DNA from: Dudresnaya verticillata
Lineage: Eukaryota
Length of the DNA stretch: 64,000 nt
Reading direction: 5' to 3'
NCBI GenBank assembly: GCA_977862235.1
Contig: OZ374557.1
Coordinates: 2,790,001-2,854,000 of the forward strand
Positions within the stretch are counted from its first letter, which is position 1; every line of letters begins with the position of its first letter. The notes under the pieces were generated by a model. That model was not told the DNA's origin, made no database searches, and saw nothing but the letters and a program-made list of their open reading frames with translations. This document shows, piece after piece, positions 36,199 to 49,518 of the stretch. The position numbers and the translations under genes are program-made.

Positions 36199-39100
36199 TT
36201 AGATAACGCCGTCGCGAAGCCTTTTGATTGGGTGGCGCTGACTCTCTGAGTGACGATTCACGATGAATACTTTGGGGTCCGCGAAAATCCATGAACTACA
36301 CCCCCCAGCTCCGGGCGGTGGCGTCTGGTCAAGCCGGCGCCAGTAGCGTAACACAAAGTTGTGAGGGATTTGCGCGGGAGGCTCCCAAGTATCATCATTG
36401 GGGGCGTAACCATACCAGCGAACCTTATATTGGTAACCACTGCCTGTGACACGGTGCTTAACCAAATGGTCAACTGTATAGTAATCTGACTGGGGCGGGG
36501 TAGTATGCGGTGGCGGGGCCGAAGGCGGATCCTGCGTGATCTCAGGGTCGGCCAGGGGAGTGCGGGGACCACGATGAGGGTCAACCGAAATACGGTCCTG
36601 CGAAACGGTATTAAAAAGCCCGTATTGCTTAATCGTAACCGTATGGTTGGGATGAACGGCTGTAACCAAAAAGGGTCCGGTCGCTTTGGGCAAAAGTTTC
36701 CTAGAAAGGCTCTGCTCCGCGGCGGGGTCGACGAGGGAAGCCTGTCGTTCACCAACTTGCCGTTTAGTAAACTTAGGACGGTCAAGATAGACCCAATCAC
36801 CGATAGTAACCGAAAAAGGCCGTGCCACAGAGGTATCAAAGGCCGATTTGTACCGTTATTGGGCAGCCGTGAGGGTGACCCTAGCGGTTGCAATGGCCTG
36901 TTGAAGTTTCCGAATGGTTAAACGCTTGACAGAAGCAGCGGTGAGTTGAGAATCCAACTGATTGGTGAGACCCGTGGTGGGAGAACCCTGAAGAGGTATA
37001 ACCGGAGGTGGCCGGGATAGGACGAGATCAAAAGGTGAAGTACCCGTAGAGCGGTGAACCTGAAGGCTATACGCATAGGTAAGCGGATGCACGTAACTGT
37101 CCCAGTCACGCTGATGATCCGCGACGTAGTGACGTAACCGCTGGACAAGGGTCTTATTGAACCGTTCGACCTGACCGTTGGTCTGGGGGTGGTAAGCGGT
37201 CGTGAATAACTGGCGTAACCCCAGGGTTTGGCAGATCGTGGCGAAGAACTTTGACACGAACTGTGGACCAGTATCGGAAAGCACATATAACGGAACACCG
37301 TAAGGGTAGACCCAGTGGTCCAGAAAAACTTGCGCAACCGTGCGGGCATTGGTGTTCCGTAACGGTATGGCGCGCGTAAGCTTAGAAAACCTATCGGTAA
37401 TAACCAAGACGAAACGGTTGCCGTGCTCTGTTTTTGGGAAAGGCCCCGCGAGATCCATAGCAAGGAATTCCAGTAGGCCAGCGGCGGGAAGTAACTTACG
37501 GTAGTTCTGATGTTTCCGTAAGGTACCCCGATTTTGGACACGCTTAGTACAGTCACCCAAAACGGCATATGCGTCATTAGCCATATACGGCCAATAAAAC
37601 TGTCGCCGGAGGATGTAATACATTCTTGAACCACCAGGGTGTCCAGAAAGGAGAGGATAGTGGGCTACGTATAGGATGCGGGGACGCAGGGACTTTGGCA
37701 CCACTATCTGAAGTGCTCCATTGAGTGTCGCTTGGCGGATTAGAAAACCATTATGGTCCCACTGGAATTAGGAGCCAGCGATACCAACTTGGTTAGCCAT
37801 CTTTTGGCAGTACTCATCCCTTGGTTGTGCCTCGAGGAGTTCTTGTTTACTAATCTGACGAGGTAAACCCTTTCGGTTTGCCAAGTCACGGACGGTAGGT
37901 AAGTTGAGCTGACGCGGGGTGTTATTTTCAACCGCGAGGGTAAAACAGGGTATGTCATCGTCTAATGGTGTTTGGTCACTCCCTGTAGTCGAAAGCCGTG
38001 ACATGGTGTCCGCGAAATGATGTTCCCTTCCAGGATTGTAGGTGATCAGGAAGTCGAACTCCGAGAGTCTTAAACGCCAACGTGCTAGGCGACCCGATGC
38101 ATCCGAGAGGTTTAACAACCACTGAAGGGGTTCGTGGTCGGTTCTAACCGTAAAGCGGTCACCTTCAAGGTAAGGTCGGAGTGTTAAAAGACTCCATACA
38201 ACGGCGAGACATTCCCGTTCGGTGGCAGAATAATTACGCTCGGCGGAATTAAGAGTGCGAATCCAATAACCAATAGGCAGCTTATCCCCTTGTTCGGTTT
38301 CTTGGAGTAAGCAACAGCCAACCTGAAGGTCGCACGTATCGGTACCAACATAATAACGGAATCCCTTTCGAGGTAACGCCAATATGGGTGCCGTTAAAAG
38401 ACGACGCCAGAGTTCGTCGAAGGCGTCGTACTAATCCTCTGTGAGTGACTCAAAAGTGAAGGGTTGATCCTTGCGAAGTTTCCTGGAGAGGGGAGACGCA
38501 ATTCGGGCATAATTGGGGACGAAAAGTCAATAGACGTTACATACTCCAAGAAATGACCTTCACTCGGTTTGATCCATGGGAGGTTTCGCCTGGCGTAGTG
38601 CGGTAACGTTCTTGGAGGCGACTTCAAGCTTTCCTGGGCGTATGAAATGGCCGAGGTAATCGACGGACGCTTCGAAGAACTGACACTTAGACAACTTAAA
38701 CAGACAACTTAAGAGAAACCCCAACGGTTCTTAGTACATCGAGCACAGTACCTAAATGGTGGAAGTGGTCATTAATACTCCGAGAGTACACGATAACATC
38801 GTCGAGGTAAACCAAAGCGTATTGCCACTTGCATCGAGATAGTATAATGTCGACTGCCCGTTGGAATGTGGCGGGCGCATTCTTGAGACCAAATCGCATC
38901 CTGATAAAACGGTAAACCCTTCGTGGCAGGTGAACGTCGTCTTATCGCGATCGTCGGGATCGACTTCAACTTGCCAATAGCCACTATTACAGTCGAGCGT
39001 CGTAAATACCTTAGCATCTCCCAGTGAGTCAATACATTCGTCCATTCGAGGTAACGGATATGAATCTCGTTGAGTAATACTATTACGTCGGCGATAGTCG

Positions 39101-40268
39101 ACGCAAAAACGCAGAGACCCATCAGGTTTGGACACAAGGACTACAGGACGGGCCCATTCTGCCCCAGAGGGTTCAATAACGCCTTCGCGTAACATTCGTT
39201 GTACTTCCGCCTTTTCGGCTTCCCGAGCTTTACGGCCAGCTCTATAAGGGTGTTGATAGATGGGTTTTCCCCCTTCCATCAACTCAATCCTGTGCTGAGT
39301 GGCCTTAATGGTGCCCAGTTGGCCTGACTACATTTCTTGATACTCTTGAAGCATTTCCATGATTTGGGATCGAGTAGCACTGTCTTCGACACCTATATGG
39401 ACAGTATCTTCCCAACTGGGTTCCGCTTTTGACTTCTTCCCCTGGGTATCCGACCGGGGATCTTCTTGTAGAGCTCCAATACTCAAAACCTGATCCGGTC
39501 TTGGTAACGCATGGCCTACTACTTGAGTCTTTTTCAAGCGAGCAGGGCGATCACCAAAATTGGTCATTAGCGCAGGAAAAACTTCCATCGGAATAACATC
39601 TCTGATCCCGTTTGCCAGAATGGTTAACGACTTGTGTAGTGAGGCGGGGTATTATGAACCAGGCATAATCCAGATGTACTGGTTCTCACCGGCACGAACG
39701 AACGTGACCTAGGAGGTATGACCCAGTCTTTGGCTATTCTCACTTTGGTAGAAACCGTTGGTTGTGTAGCGTCGGGAACAGTAACTCCTCCCATGGAAAC
39801 ACCGAGGATAGGTACTGCTGGGGCATCCTTCAAGAGTACCATTCGGGGTCCCGGCATGATGGCTGTGACATGTCGATCGATGAACGCTGTACCAATTATA
39901 ACTTCGGCAGGCATATTAGCAACAACCAGAAAATGGGTCTTCGTATAGAGATTACCGACACGGATATATAAATGGATGACTCCTAGAGGTAATATTCGAT
40001 TATTAGAAGCGTTGACGATGCTACGCGTGGTTTCCTTACAGGGTTTGGCTCGCTTTTCCCAACGATTAGGTAACATTTTAACATGAACCAGATTGGGTCC
40101 GGCGCCAGAATCAATCACGCCCCTTGCGGATATCATCTGAGATGACCAGACCCCTAACGATAGATCCACTTTGTAGTTTTGCTTCTTAAATAAATATACT
40201 TCATCATAGTCATCACTCTCCAGGTTATCCACGATATCGGGTCGTAGCACGGGTTCTGGAAGGCGCAT
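36199..40268 (-). pseudogene. pol: pol of family C: protease, RT, RNase H, integrase, chromodomain
   Basis: VIDSGAGPN, YLDD, ERECLAVVW...TDH, integrase MDL...SD.GPQF...HPQTNGQVERFN, and chromodomain YKVRWYGY...DTWEP; stops and frameshifts. Confidence 0.95.
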
Positions 40269-40291
40269 ATTTGGGGAGGGGGCATGCGTCG

Positions 40292-42326
40292 TTATGCCTC
40301 CTCCTCCACGTTTTCCGTACTGGAAACTCCTTGAGCTGGCTTTGAGGGCTCCACTGAGGGTGATCCCGTGCGTCTAGCCTGGGTAGGGCCCGGATGGCCT
40401 GTTGAGGAGGAGGCCCCGGGGTTACCTTGTCGATTACCTTGTATAGCTCGGGATCGAGCTAAACGATAGAGGTTTTGCCTTCTGGAAGCAATTATGCCAG
40501 CGCGAACCGCGGGGGTTACCAATGGACATTCATGTGCCATATGGTCTGGGTTAGTACAGATCCAACATGCCCGTATCGGTGCACCATCTCGGGATCCCAC
40601 TGTGGTTATTGAAGACGGGGTGTCATAGACTGGTTGGATAAGTCTTCACCGAGTTGGAAAATCGCCTCTTCATGAATGTCTTCCATGCCCGGTAGACCCT
40701 CGGAGGCATCTGTCGACGTACTCAAGGAGTGAGACGGTGGTTTCTCGAAGCTAACCGCGGCGACGGGAATTACTCCCCTTTTACCATTTAGGTTTGTCGT
40801 CCCACGTGTACTCCTGTGAGCTTCCCCAAGATCTTGTGCATACTGTGTAATCTTAGTGTAGGACAAACTCTTTCAGGAAGCCAATCGGTTACGAACCGGT
40901 GCACGGATACTCGGGAGGAGCCCATCAACGAAGATCGCCTTGAGGCGGTGTTCAGTGAACACCGACCCACATCGGCGAGCTCTGGCTCTTACTAACTCTG
41001 CGAAATCCCGTTCCGTTTTTCCTTCTGCTTGTCGCAACGAGATCACGTCAGCATAGGCTAGCGCAATAACCTCATCGGTGGCATAAGTTTCGAAAAGGTA
41101 CTTAACCACTTCGGGGTACGTTGTTAACAAATCTCCCTCATCTTCAGAGTCTACGACCATACTGGTTCTTGTCTGTAGCCTCGCCTGAAGGTTGTCCCTT
41201 GCGGTTTCTGCCATAAAATATTGTAGTAACCAAACGGCAGCTCCTTCATGGACATCATTGTGATTACAGGCATCCTTGAACCTTGCAAGGAAACCCAAAA
41301 TGTTAATTGGGTCTACCCCCGAGAAACGAGAGGGTGGAATTTGAATAGCCATCCTCTTATAGTAGGTATTTACTTTCCGAGAGATCCTCGAAGAGTAAAG
41401 CCTTGAGCGGTTATCCAATCGGTAACTTTAAAAGCTAACCACTCTGGTAAATAGGTCATTGAGGGGTTTAATCCTCCTGACCTTTGTAGGTTTAGACAAC
41501 CGGCGACGACGCCGTCGGTCTTCATCGGATGAATCATCCGAACTTGAACTATCTGAGGTAACTGACGATGAGTCAGACTCAGAGGAGTAATGTTTCTTCT
41601 TATTTTTCTTTTGTTTGTCCTTCTTCTTCTTTTTTTAAGACTTCTTGGACGCAGATCCGTGTCGGTTACTCTTACTACCTTCGGGGTCCGACAAACCCCC
41701 TTCGGGTTTCTTGTTTGTATCACCAGTTTCGGTTGGTAGAACGATGCTAGGAGGAACGACATCTCATCCTCCTTATTTTCCACTTTGGTTTCCCCTGTGG
41801 GTATAGACTTTGGTCCAGTTGAAGGGTCCGCTGCTTGCCCATAGGCCTCGAGAGACTGAACGACCAACGGGGGAACCATTTCGGTAAGCATCCCATAGAT
41901 TGGACTACTGTCCGGCTGAGTGGTCCATGACTGGACTAACTTGTCAGTAGCCGTGGCGGCAAACTCTGAGAGTGTCCTTGGACCTTATTCTTCTAGAAAG
42001 TGTCCCACTAGTGGTTCAACCGTTTGAGGTAACCGAAGGGTCAACTCATCATGTAGCCAGTTGATCAGACGGGGCATCAGATCAGTATTGACCCAATGTT
42101 TACGGTTGGAATGTAGCGGGGGCTGCCTTGCGAACTCTTTCGAAGGACCTGCTAAGGGTTTACCTGTTACGGGATTGGTGGATGCTTGACCCGGCGGTTC
42201 CTCTTGTTCTACTCCAGGAGTTCTCGGAGGGTGGAGCAAAGACTCCGGATCCTCAACTGGGGGTACCAATGGGGTCTGCTCCGCCTTCTGACCACGACGG
42301 GAACTACTTTGAGAGTGAGTTGACAT
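40292..42326 (-). pseudogene. gag: gag of family C
   Basis: Fragmented ORFs homologous to family-A gag; CWICTNPDHMAHEC zinc knuckle. Confidence 0.88.
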
Positions 42327-42422
42327 CTTGGAGTAACACGGGCCTTGGTGGTTTGATTTTCTTCAGTATCCAATTGGGTTACGATATTCCTCGTCCTGTT
42401 AACGGCTCACCAACCTTGAAGT

Positions 42423-42439
42423 TCTAGGTCGGGAGACCA
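42423..42439 (-). promoter_or_regulatory. primer-binding site of family C
   Basis: TGGTCTCCCGACCTAGA 2 nt from the LTR end. Confidence 0.88.
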
Positions 42440-42441
42440 GA

Positions 42442-42960
42442 TGTAAGGAAGTACCTTTTAGGTCTCTTGTGAACTCAAAGAGTGCACTCAATGAGAAAGC
42501 CACAGAGCGGGTACCTGGTAGCGGTGGTAGAGCGGGAGGAACCCAGAGGGTAGACGAGGGCACGTAACCTGATTGGAAGCAGGATACTGAATGTAGTTCA
42601 CTGAGCGGGTGGTTAACCGGGCACGGGGGACAAGTGTGCTGCGGTGCCGATAGCTTGGAGACGTAGTTGGGGCCGGAAGGTGCTTGCCTTTACTGTTCAG
42701 TGACCGCTACGGGAGATACCCTTATATGGTACTCCGACTGTCAGGCAGCAACCCTCATACTGGGCTATATACACGCCCCCTATCCCAAGCTATAATTTCT
42801 AAAATAAATAGACAGATACTAAGCTACTGCCCTGCAGGGTGACACTTGGACCAATCATAGGCTACCCATCTTGTCCCTGCTGGCGCCCTATAGGTAACGC
42901 TATTTCCGCGCATACACGCGGGCAGAGGGCCCACTTCTGTAAGCCCTTCACTGTATTACA
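42442..42960 (-). repeat. 5' LTR of family C (519 bp)
   Basis: TGTAAGGAA...GTATTACA; direct repeat of 9821-10338. Confidence 0.95.
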
Positions 42961-43522
42961 CCTCGAGCGGCAACACCTGTAAGGAGCAAAGGGACGCAGC
43001 AGACAAGGGGGACGGTACAGTGCCAGGGGAGCTACACCGGGACAGAGGTAAGAGGAATCCGTGCATGGGGCTGGCGAGGGGAAACCGTGAAGGAGTATGA
43101 GGGTACGGCTTAGGGTAAGTCACTTTGCCCAGGGTTGCGTACCCGTTTACTGTAGGACTCGCGGTGGCCACCCATTACTATACTGGGAGATACGCCCCGC
43201 GGTCCGGTCCGTGTGGGCCAGACCCCAATGGGTCTGGTCCACTAGGTGGGTCCGGCCCTACTGGTCCCGATCACCGTTGCGGACATGCTCGGCATTCTTA
43301 TTGGCCGTCTGACACTACGTACTGTACAGCATCATTACAATTACCTAATTACAAATAAATCAACTACTTGGCTCCTATTGGTGGTGCGCGCCGACTCCAG
43401 AAAGGCGTAAAATGCTACTGTGTCGCTGCACTCCTGTTCGGTTTTTGGCGCCAGCTCATCGGTGCGCCGGTCACGAGTCGGCTCAACCGTCGTCGGCACT
43501 CCACAACGGTCGCTTCACCACA
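42961..43522 (-). repeat. remainder of the reverse solo LTR-B
   Basis: Joins 9692-9820 across CCTCG; ends CTTCACCACA before TCAGC. Confidence 0.9.
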
Positions 43523-44582
43523 TCAGCCGGCCAATTAGAATGCCGAGCATGTCCGTAACGGTGATCGGGACCAGTAAGGCCGCACCCACCTGGTGGACCA
43601 GACCCATTGGGGTCTGGCCCACACGGACCGGACCGCGGGGCGTATCTCCCAGTATAGTAATGGGTGGCCACCGCGAGTCCTACAGTAAACGGGTACGCAA
43701 CCCTGGGCAAAGTGACTTACCCTAAGCCGTACCCTCATACTCCTTTACGGTTTCCCTTCGCCAGCCCCGTGAACGGATTCCTCTTACCTCCGTCCCGGTT
43801 TAGCTGCCCTGGCACTGTACCGTCACCCTTGTCTGTTGCGTCCCTTTACTCCGTACAGGTGTTGCCGCTCGAGGTACCCCTTCGGTCTACGAACCAAGCT
43901 CTACCACCCCGGTGCCGTGTGAGACCACTCCTTATTGGGATTGCCTGATCAGCTCTCCTTACAGGTGTGCCTTTCACTAAACCACATCTTTCTGGTCTCC
44001 CGACCTAGAAGACCGTCAAGGTAGAAGAATCTCCGTTGGACTCCGCTTTGGTAGGAGATCAGCTTTGTGACAACTCCGTATTGGTGTAAAGGCAGGACAA
44101 GGCAAAACACTCGTTGAGACCGTTTTGGTATCCTCAGAATAGAAGAACACATGGACCCTACCGTACCGGATCAAGGTGAGGTGCTGTCAACCGCGAGATC
44201 ACGCCGCGGTGACGATAACACCGTCCCGGAGGTGCCCGCTACTGCGAGAACACGCCGCAGTGAGCCCACCGAACCGGAGGTAGCCTCAGCCACGAGAACA
44301 CGCCGTGGCCATGCTGCTGACCTGAAATCTGGTATGGAGAACCCCGGAGAACTCCTTAAAGGTGTAGCCAGTAAGCTCTCTAGATCCCGACCTGGTTCAG
44401 ATACTTCCCGCAAGGGTGTATCCAAGCCAGGTGACTCCCATCATGTCCATTGGATACTTTCGGAAGTAATCCCACGGGTGTTGGAGCATCTCCGTTTAGA
44501 GGTGTAACCCAACCTGGTCAAGGAGGTTGAGACCACGCTCGCCGACACCGTTCCGGTCATCGTTAGCTCCTACCTGGAGAGC
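43523..44582 (+). mobile_element. family-B gypsy: rest of 5' LTR (to 43986), PBS (43993-44009) and truncated gag start (44151-~44582)
   Basis: LTR ends AAACCACA; PBS TGGTCTCCCGACCTAGA; ORF homologous to the family-A gag N-terminus, then homology breaks abruptly. Confidence 0.9.
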
Positions 44583-46822
44583 CGCAGTACTTGCATAGCC
44601 TTGGTAAAGCTGGGCGGGGTCGACCGGAGCCGAAATTCTTTGCCCTTGAACTGTTCGCGGCGCTTCCTGTATCCATGCCTCAATAACAACTCCAGAAGTA
44701 ACATCACCGTATTGAATACCTCTCCCTGACGTAGCTCATCAAGGCTGTCGAAAATGAAGAGCAAAGGTTGCTTCATTTTGAGCTTGTCCGCAAGGTTAAA
44801 CCCGTCTGGAAACGGGTCAGCTTCTAAAAGCTCGTCGATTACGAAGCTGAGAACTATGGCAGATTTCCGCAATACCACCATCTCTTAGTGCTTTCCAGAT
44901 TCCCGATAAACAATAATGAATATCCATTCCTGAACCATGAGAAGAGGTATGCTCCCTTTTTGGATGTAGCGCGTTAGGCAGAGAGACAATTCCTCCTTCT
45001 CTACCCCGGCCTTCCATTCGTCTGAAAACCCCTTAGTAATTAAAGTATCTGCCATCAACGCGACGTCGGCTCTTCCTTCATGAAATGGAAAAATCCCACG
45101 TACTCTCTCCAAGCATTGGCCTGCTAGATGCAAGGACGAAGCATTGCATTTTGCGGTAGGGAAGCTAAAAAGGACCAAGTGCTTGCTCTGTAAGCGTCAC
45201 CGCATCATTCGTCTTAATACTAACTTCTCCTTCAGGCCAACCCGGAACTTTATGCTTCGTCGTATAGGAGATCTTCGCAGCAGCAAGAGATCCTTTTCTC
45301 TTCTTAGTGTTGACCAAACCGCTAACCATGACGACATCAGCAGACTCACTGCTTGTATGTCTCTCCAGGGCTACACCCTCTTTACTGCCCTGCTCCTGTT
45401 CTCCATCTTCATCCCTCCGTTTCTTCTGTCCTGATGTCTCACCCACTTTCTTCCCTTCCACATTCTCTTCGCAAGTATCAACAACTTTTGGGGCTGCGAC
45501 CTTGACCGCATCGGCTTTCTTGCCCACCTTCCCAATACCTAACTCCGTAGCCTTGTCAGCTTTGTCGACTTCAGCCTCTTGACTGCCCTTTCCATCATCC
45601 ATGGCGCTAGATTTCATAGCTTCAGTCTTTTCTATATCTGTAGACCCAACTGGGCCTTCTCCCTTTTCGACAACGACGGCAGCAACTTTTCCCGTACTGG
45701 CATTCTTGTCGCCCCTGCCAATATCGATAGATGAACACTTGCTTGCTCCAGATCTAGTCGCACCCTTGAAAGTACCGATGGCAGCAGACTTAGCTGCTCC
45801 GCCAGTCCCTTCATCCTTGCTAGCGTTCACAACGGCAGACTTCTCCGGAACGGTTCCCACTTTAGTCTTACTGCAATGTACAGCTGCCGTCCTCTTCGAC
45901 ATAGCCTTATTGCTGTCCTTGGGCACATCAATAGCAGTAGAATCATCCGTCCCTTCCACATTAGGAGCATCGGCTGGTAGTGATGATGGAACAGAAATGT
46001 TCTCAACATCCTTTCCAGCATGCTGTGAACTTCTATTTGGCACAGTCTTGCCAGCTTTGCCACTGGTCAAGTCAGTTTTGGACGCTTTCTCGTTTCCGGT
46101 CCGGTTATTCTCTCCATTGGGTTCTCCCGACTTGTCTTTCCAGAAGTTTTCTCTAGATTCCTGGGGACAGGTCCCCTAGCTTCCTTGTTCGCAGCCTTCG
46201 GTCGACTGGGCTTCTCAGTCTCGATTGGAACGTTGTCGGATGATTCCAATTCAACAGTACTGCGTCCTTCGGTCTTCTTCCTCTTCGCCACTTTTGTGCT
46301 TCTCGGTCTCTTTAATGCGGGCTCTGGCGAAGAAACGCACTGAGCAGACTTGTCCGTATTCCGCCTCTTCCTTTCCCCTTGTGCTCGTCTCGCAGCAGTG
46401 GGTGCGCCTTTCGCTGAACGTTCCGGAGAATCCTTCATTCCGTCCCTCTGAGACGTGCTCATGATCCCAGGCTCTGATGGCATATCGGACATCACCCTGG
46501 TTCCAAACACGCTCAGAAATGCGTCTGGAACAGGACCCCAGCACGGGGTGTGTGTTGCATACACCTCAAACGCATCGACAGTTAGAACCTTAGCACTATT
46601 GTCGTATACCCTTGCATGCTGAATAATGAGGTCTCCCAGGCTATCTGCACGCAAATATCCGCTGTAGAAACGCCTGCAGGCCTCTGCCTCCATCTCATGG
46701 AGCGCTAGACATTTGTTGCCTCCTTGAACATTCTCTTCGCCAATATCATATCCATCAGCGGAGTTGGGTTCTCCAGCGCCACCGACAGGCGAATCCTCTT
46801 TAGATTCACTAGAGTCAACCAT
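44583..46822 (-). pseudogene. decayed unknown gene with low-complexity K/A/S/D-rich middle
   Basis: Collinear abutting ORFs 46067-46822, 45165-46070, 44885-45178 and 44570-44881; no family recognised. Confidence 0.5.
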
Positions 46823-47954
46823 AGTTAGCCCCTGGCAACCTTGCAGCTGAATATTTCCGGCCGTCTATGTGCGTGAGACACACGACTTCAACAACAAGAA
46901 CAACAATAAATTCCGGGAGTGTTTGCCGCTTGCGCACGCGTCGAACGCCACCGCAGGATAGGGTTTCGAAAGATATATCTTGTGTATACACAGCAGGGGA
47001 TGCACAGCCGTGGAGCTGTAGTTGCCGCAGACACAACTACGCAAGATAGAGAGTTAGTGCGCGCAAGGCGCCTCGCGAGGCGGAGAGTAAACAATACAAT
47101 GCGAACAAAGGAGGAAGAACTAGGAGTTAGAGTCGGCGAAAGCGCAAACACAAATGGGACCAGAAGAGATTTTTGGAGTCCGTATGGCGTACATCTTCTA
47201 GTTTCAGAGTTCCTCCAGGCCAGCGCACGGAATCCACAGGTTTTCGGATGCCACAAGTGGCTACAATCCACAGTATGCCCTAGTGGAAGTTTTCATGGAG
47301 GGGTGAGGAGGGGTGAGAGGGGCGCCCACTGTACTGCATACCCTGGCAGTTTAAGTCGGGCGCCCGGTATTTGTGAGCAAAAAGCCCGAATATCCCCGAC
47401 TCGGCCGTCGAGACCGGTGCTGATTGCACGATTTTCTGATATTTCTGAAAATCAGTAAAAATACTGATTTCATTTCAATTCATGTCGATATAAGTACAGC
47501 CAAGCTCAGGATTGCACTATCTGGGCCCCTGTACCCCAGAAGCACAATTGAGGGCGCAATGGCTTTATACATTAACTTCATGGCCTGTGTGCCTGTGAAA
47601 TGTTTCTTTTGAGACCGCATGTTGCATTATGTACACTTTCACACTCCGGTGGGCGGTGAAATGCACTTCTCGTTCTTGACGTCTGAGAATCATGTTTCAC
47701 AGGCAAGCATACAGGTTTCTTGTCGGTAATTGCTTAAGCATGCAGCCGCTGCATCCATGGATGTGCATGTCCATGTACTATCGCGCGATTGCGCGAAGGG
47801 TAGCACCAGCGAGGGCCTCCGCAAAGCATGTTTTACGCTGCAGAAGTCGCAAACAACAATTAAATGACAACCGCTAGAAAGTTTTATATGAACAAGTTGA
47901 CATCTCTATGTTGTACTGAGCTCGGTCGCACATAAATGTACTACAGTACAATGT

Positions 47955-49518
47955 TTATGACGTACTGCCTCTCACTCTTCCGACGCGCAAAGGGGCTCTC
48001 GCAACTCTTTCCCCTGTTTCTGCGTCAAGTCTGTTGAGATAGAAAGCAGCAACTGTCTCTTCATACACACTGGACATAGTGAGGCGGAAACAAGGAAGGA
48101 CGATGCCCAATGATAACATTCGGATCGCAGTTGCTACCCATAGATCAGTCTTTTCCCTCCCCGTAACTCTATCCAAATCTTCAATGGATAAATGCACTGC
48201 ATCCAGAGCGTCACCACAATGAACGAGCAGCTCCTGGGCTGTGGACATTGCCTCCTTTAGAAAGGAAAGACCATCGCGCAGAGCAATCTTGACATCTTCA
48301 TACGCCCTAAATCGCTCCTTATCCACCACAATTCGCCCAATCGTTTTAACGGCTCGAGGATAAATGGGAATATATCTATCATCACATTCTTTTCGCAACG
48401 AAGCCAACAAAGAGGACTGAATACGAGCTCCAATTTCTTCTCTTGAGGCATAAGGGGACAATCCCGCTTCCGAAACACCTTCGCCTGAAGTTCGAAGTCT
48501 CTCAGCAGACTTCCAAATGTCTCCAAACATAGGTGTGCCTCTACGGAAAGGGTTGTTTTCAGCTTCGCTAGGATTCATCTTCTGTGTGGAGACAAGGATT
48601 CCACTTAGAACTCCAAGAAGACTGAAATCCAAATCCGCAGTATCAAGCTGACGTACTTGCTGCAGACAGTATCCATTTCGGTAATTGCAGTCCCCAGCGA
48701 TAAATGTGAACTATCATGTACAGTTTTGAAAGCAAGCTTGCGGTATCTGTCTGAACCACGAGCTGTGTACAGGAGGTTGAATAGGAACTTGAATAGGGAA
48801 GACACTATAAGAGCACGATTCAGCAGCGTATAGTTCTCATCGTCACCAAGGACAATGCTGCGGTCAGACTCTCTTACAATTAAGTTCGAGTCAATAAACA
48901 TCCTTTGCCATGAGGCATACACTCTGAGCACTCTGAATAGAACGTTTTGGGGCCCACCTGATGCTTTCCCAAACTTAACCTCAAGAGCGTGTGCAATTGC
49001 AGTTGAAAGTAACATCGACGGAGTGAAGCGCACATATACGGCTCCTGTAACTCGACCATCTCTTGCGAGTAAGTTCCGAAGAAACGATCTAGGAATCTCG
49101 TGCAGCTTGTCCAAGTTCTTATCCACCCTAAGCACCTTCTCCTTCCTCCCTCCCTTGCCACGACTTTCGCTTTTCTTTTTTTCCTCTATACGAGCCTCCC
49201 ATTGTAGAGACAACACAGAGGATAAGTCTTCCGCTGCTGTATTGCACAAGGACGTCTGATTGCGCCTGTAGATACGCTTCAAGTCTTTGTTAATACCGCT
49301 TTCGTTGTCCACATCTTGCTTCTGTTGGCCACGAATAAGAGAGCCTTTCGACGCGCTTCGTTACTTCGAAAATGCTTCCTGACAGTTTTTGTTAGCGACG
49401 ACGCAATCAGTAACGTATGCAATTGATCAAGACCGGAGTCAAAGCAGCGATAGCCATCGAATTTGCACCAAGAGGCAAATGAAATGTTAATGACCTCGAC
49501 GATTCTCCTCTTCAACAT
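47955..49518 (-). pseudogene. decayed unknown, probably helical, protein gene
   Basis: Collinear overlapping ORFs 49279-49518, 48605-49312 and 47955-48632. Confidence 0.5.

Larger units (their letters stand above)
9821..42960 (-). mobile_element. full-length chromoviral Ty3/gypsy element, family C (~9.5 kb itself plus a 23.6-kb nested transposon)
   Basis: Direct LTRs 9821-10338 and 42442-42960 (about 25 substitutions in ~518 bp by eye), TSD CCTCG on both sides, PBS, and gag-PR-RT-RH-IN-chromodomain order. Confidence 0.95.

Noticed and set aside
9821..42960. A 33-kb giant LTR retrotransposon that itself captured genes
   Set aside because: The extra 23.6 kb has its own inverted repeats and TSD and is absent from the paralogous copy, so it is a later insertion.
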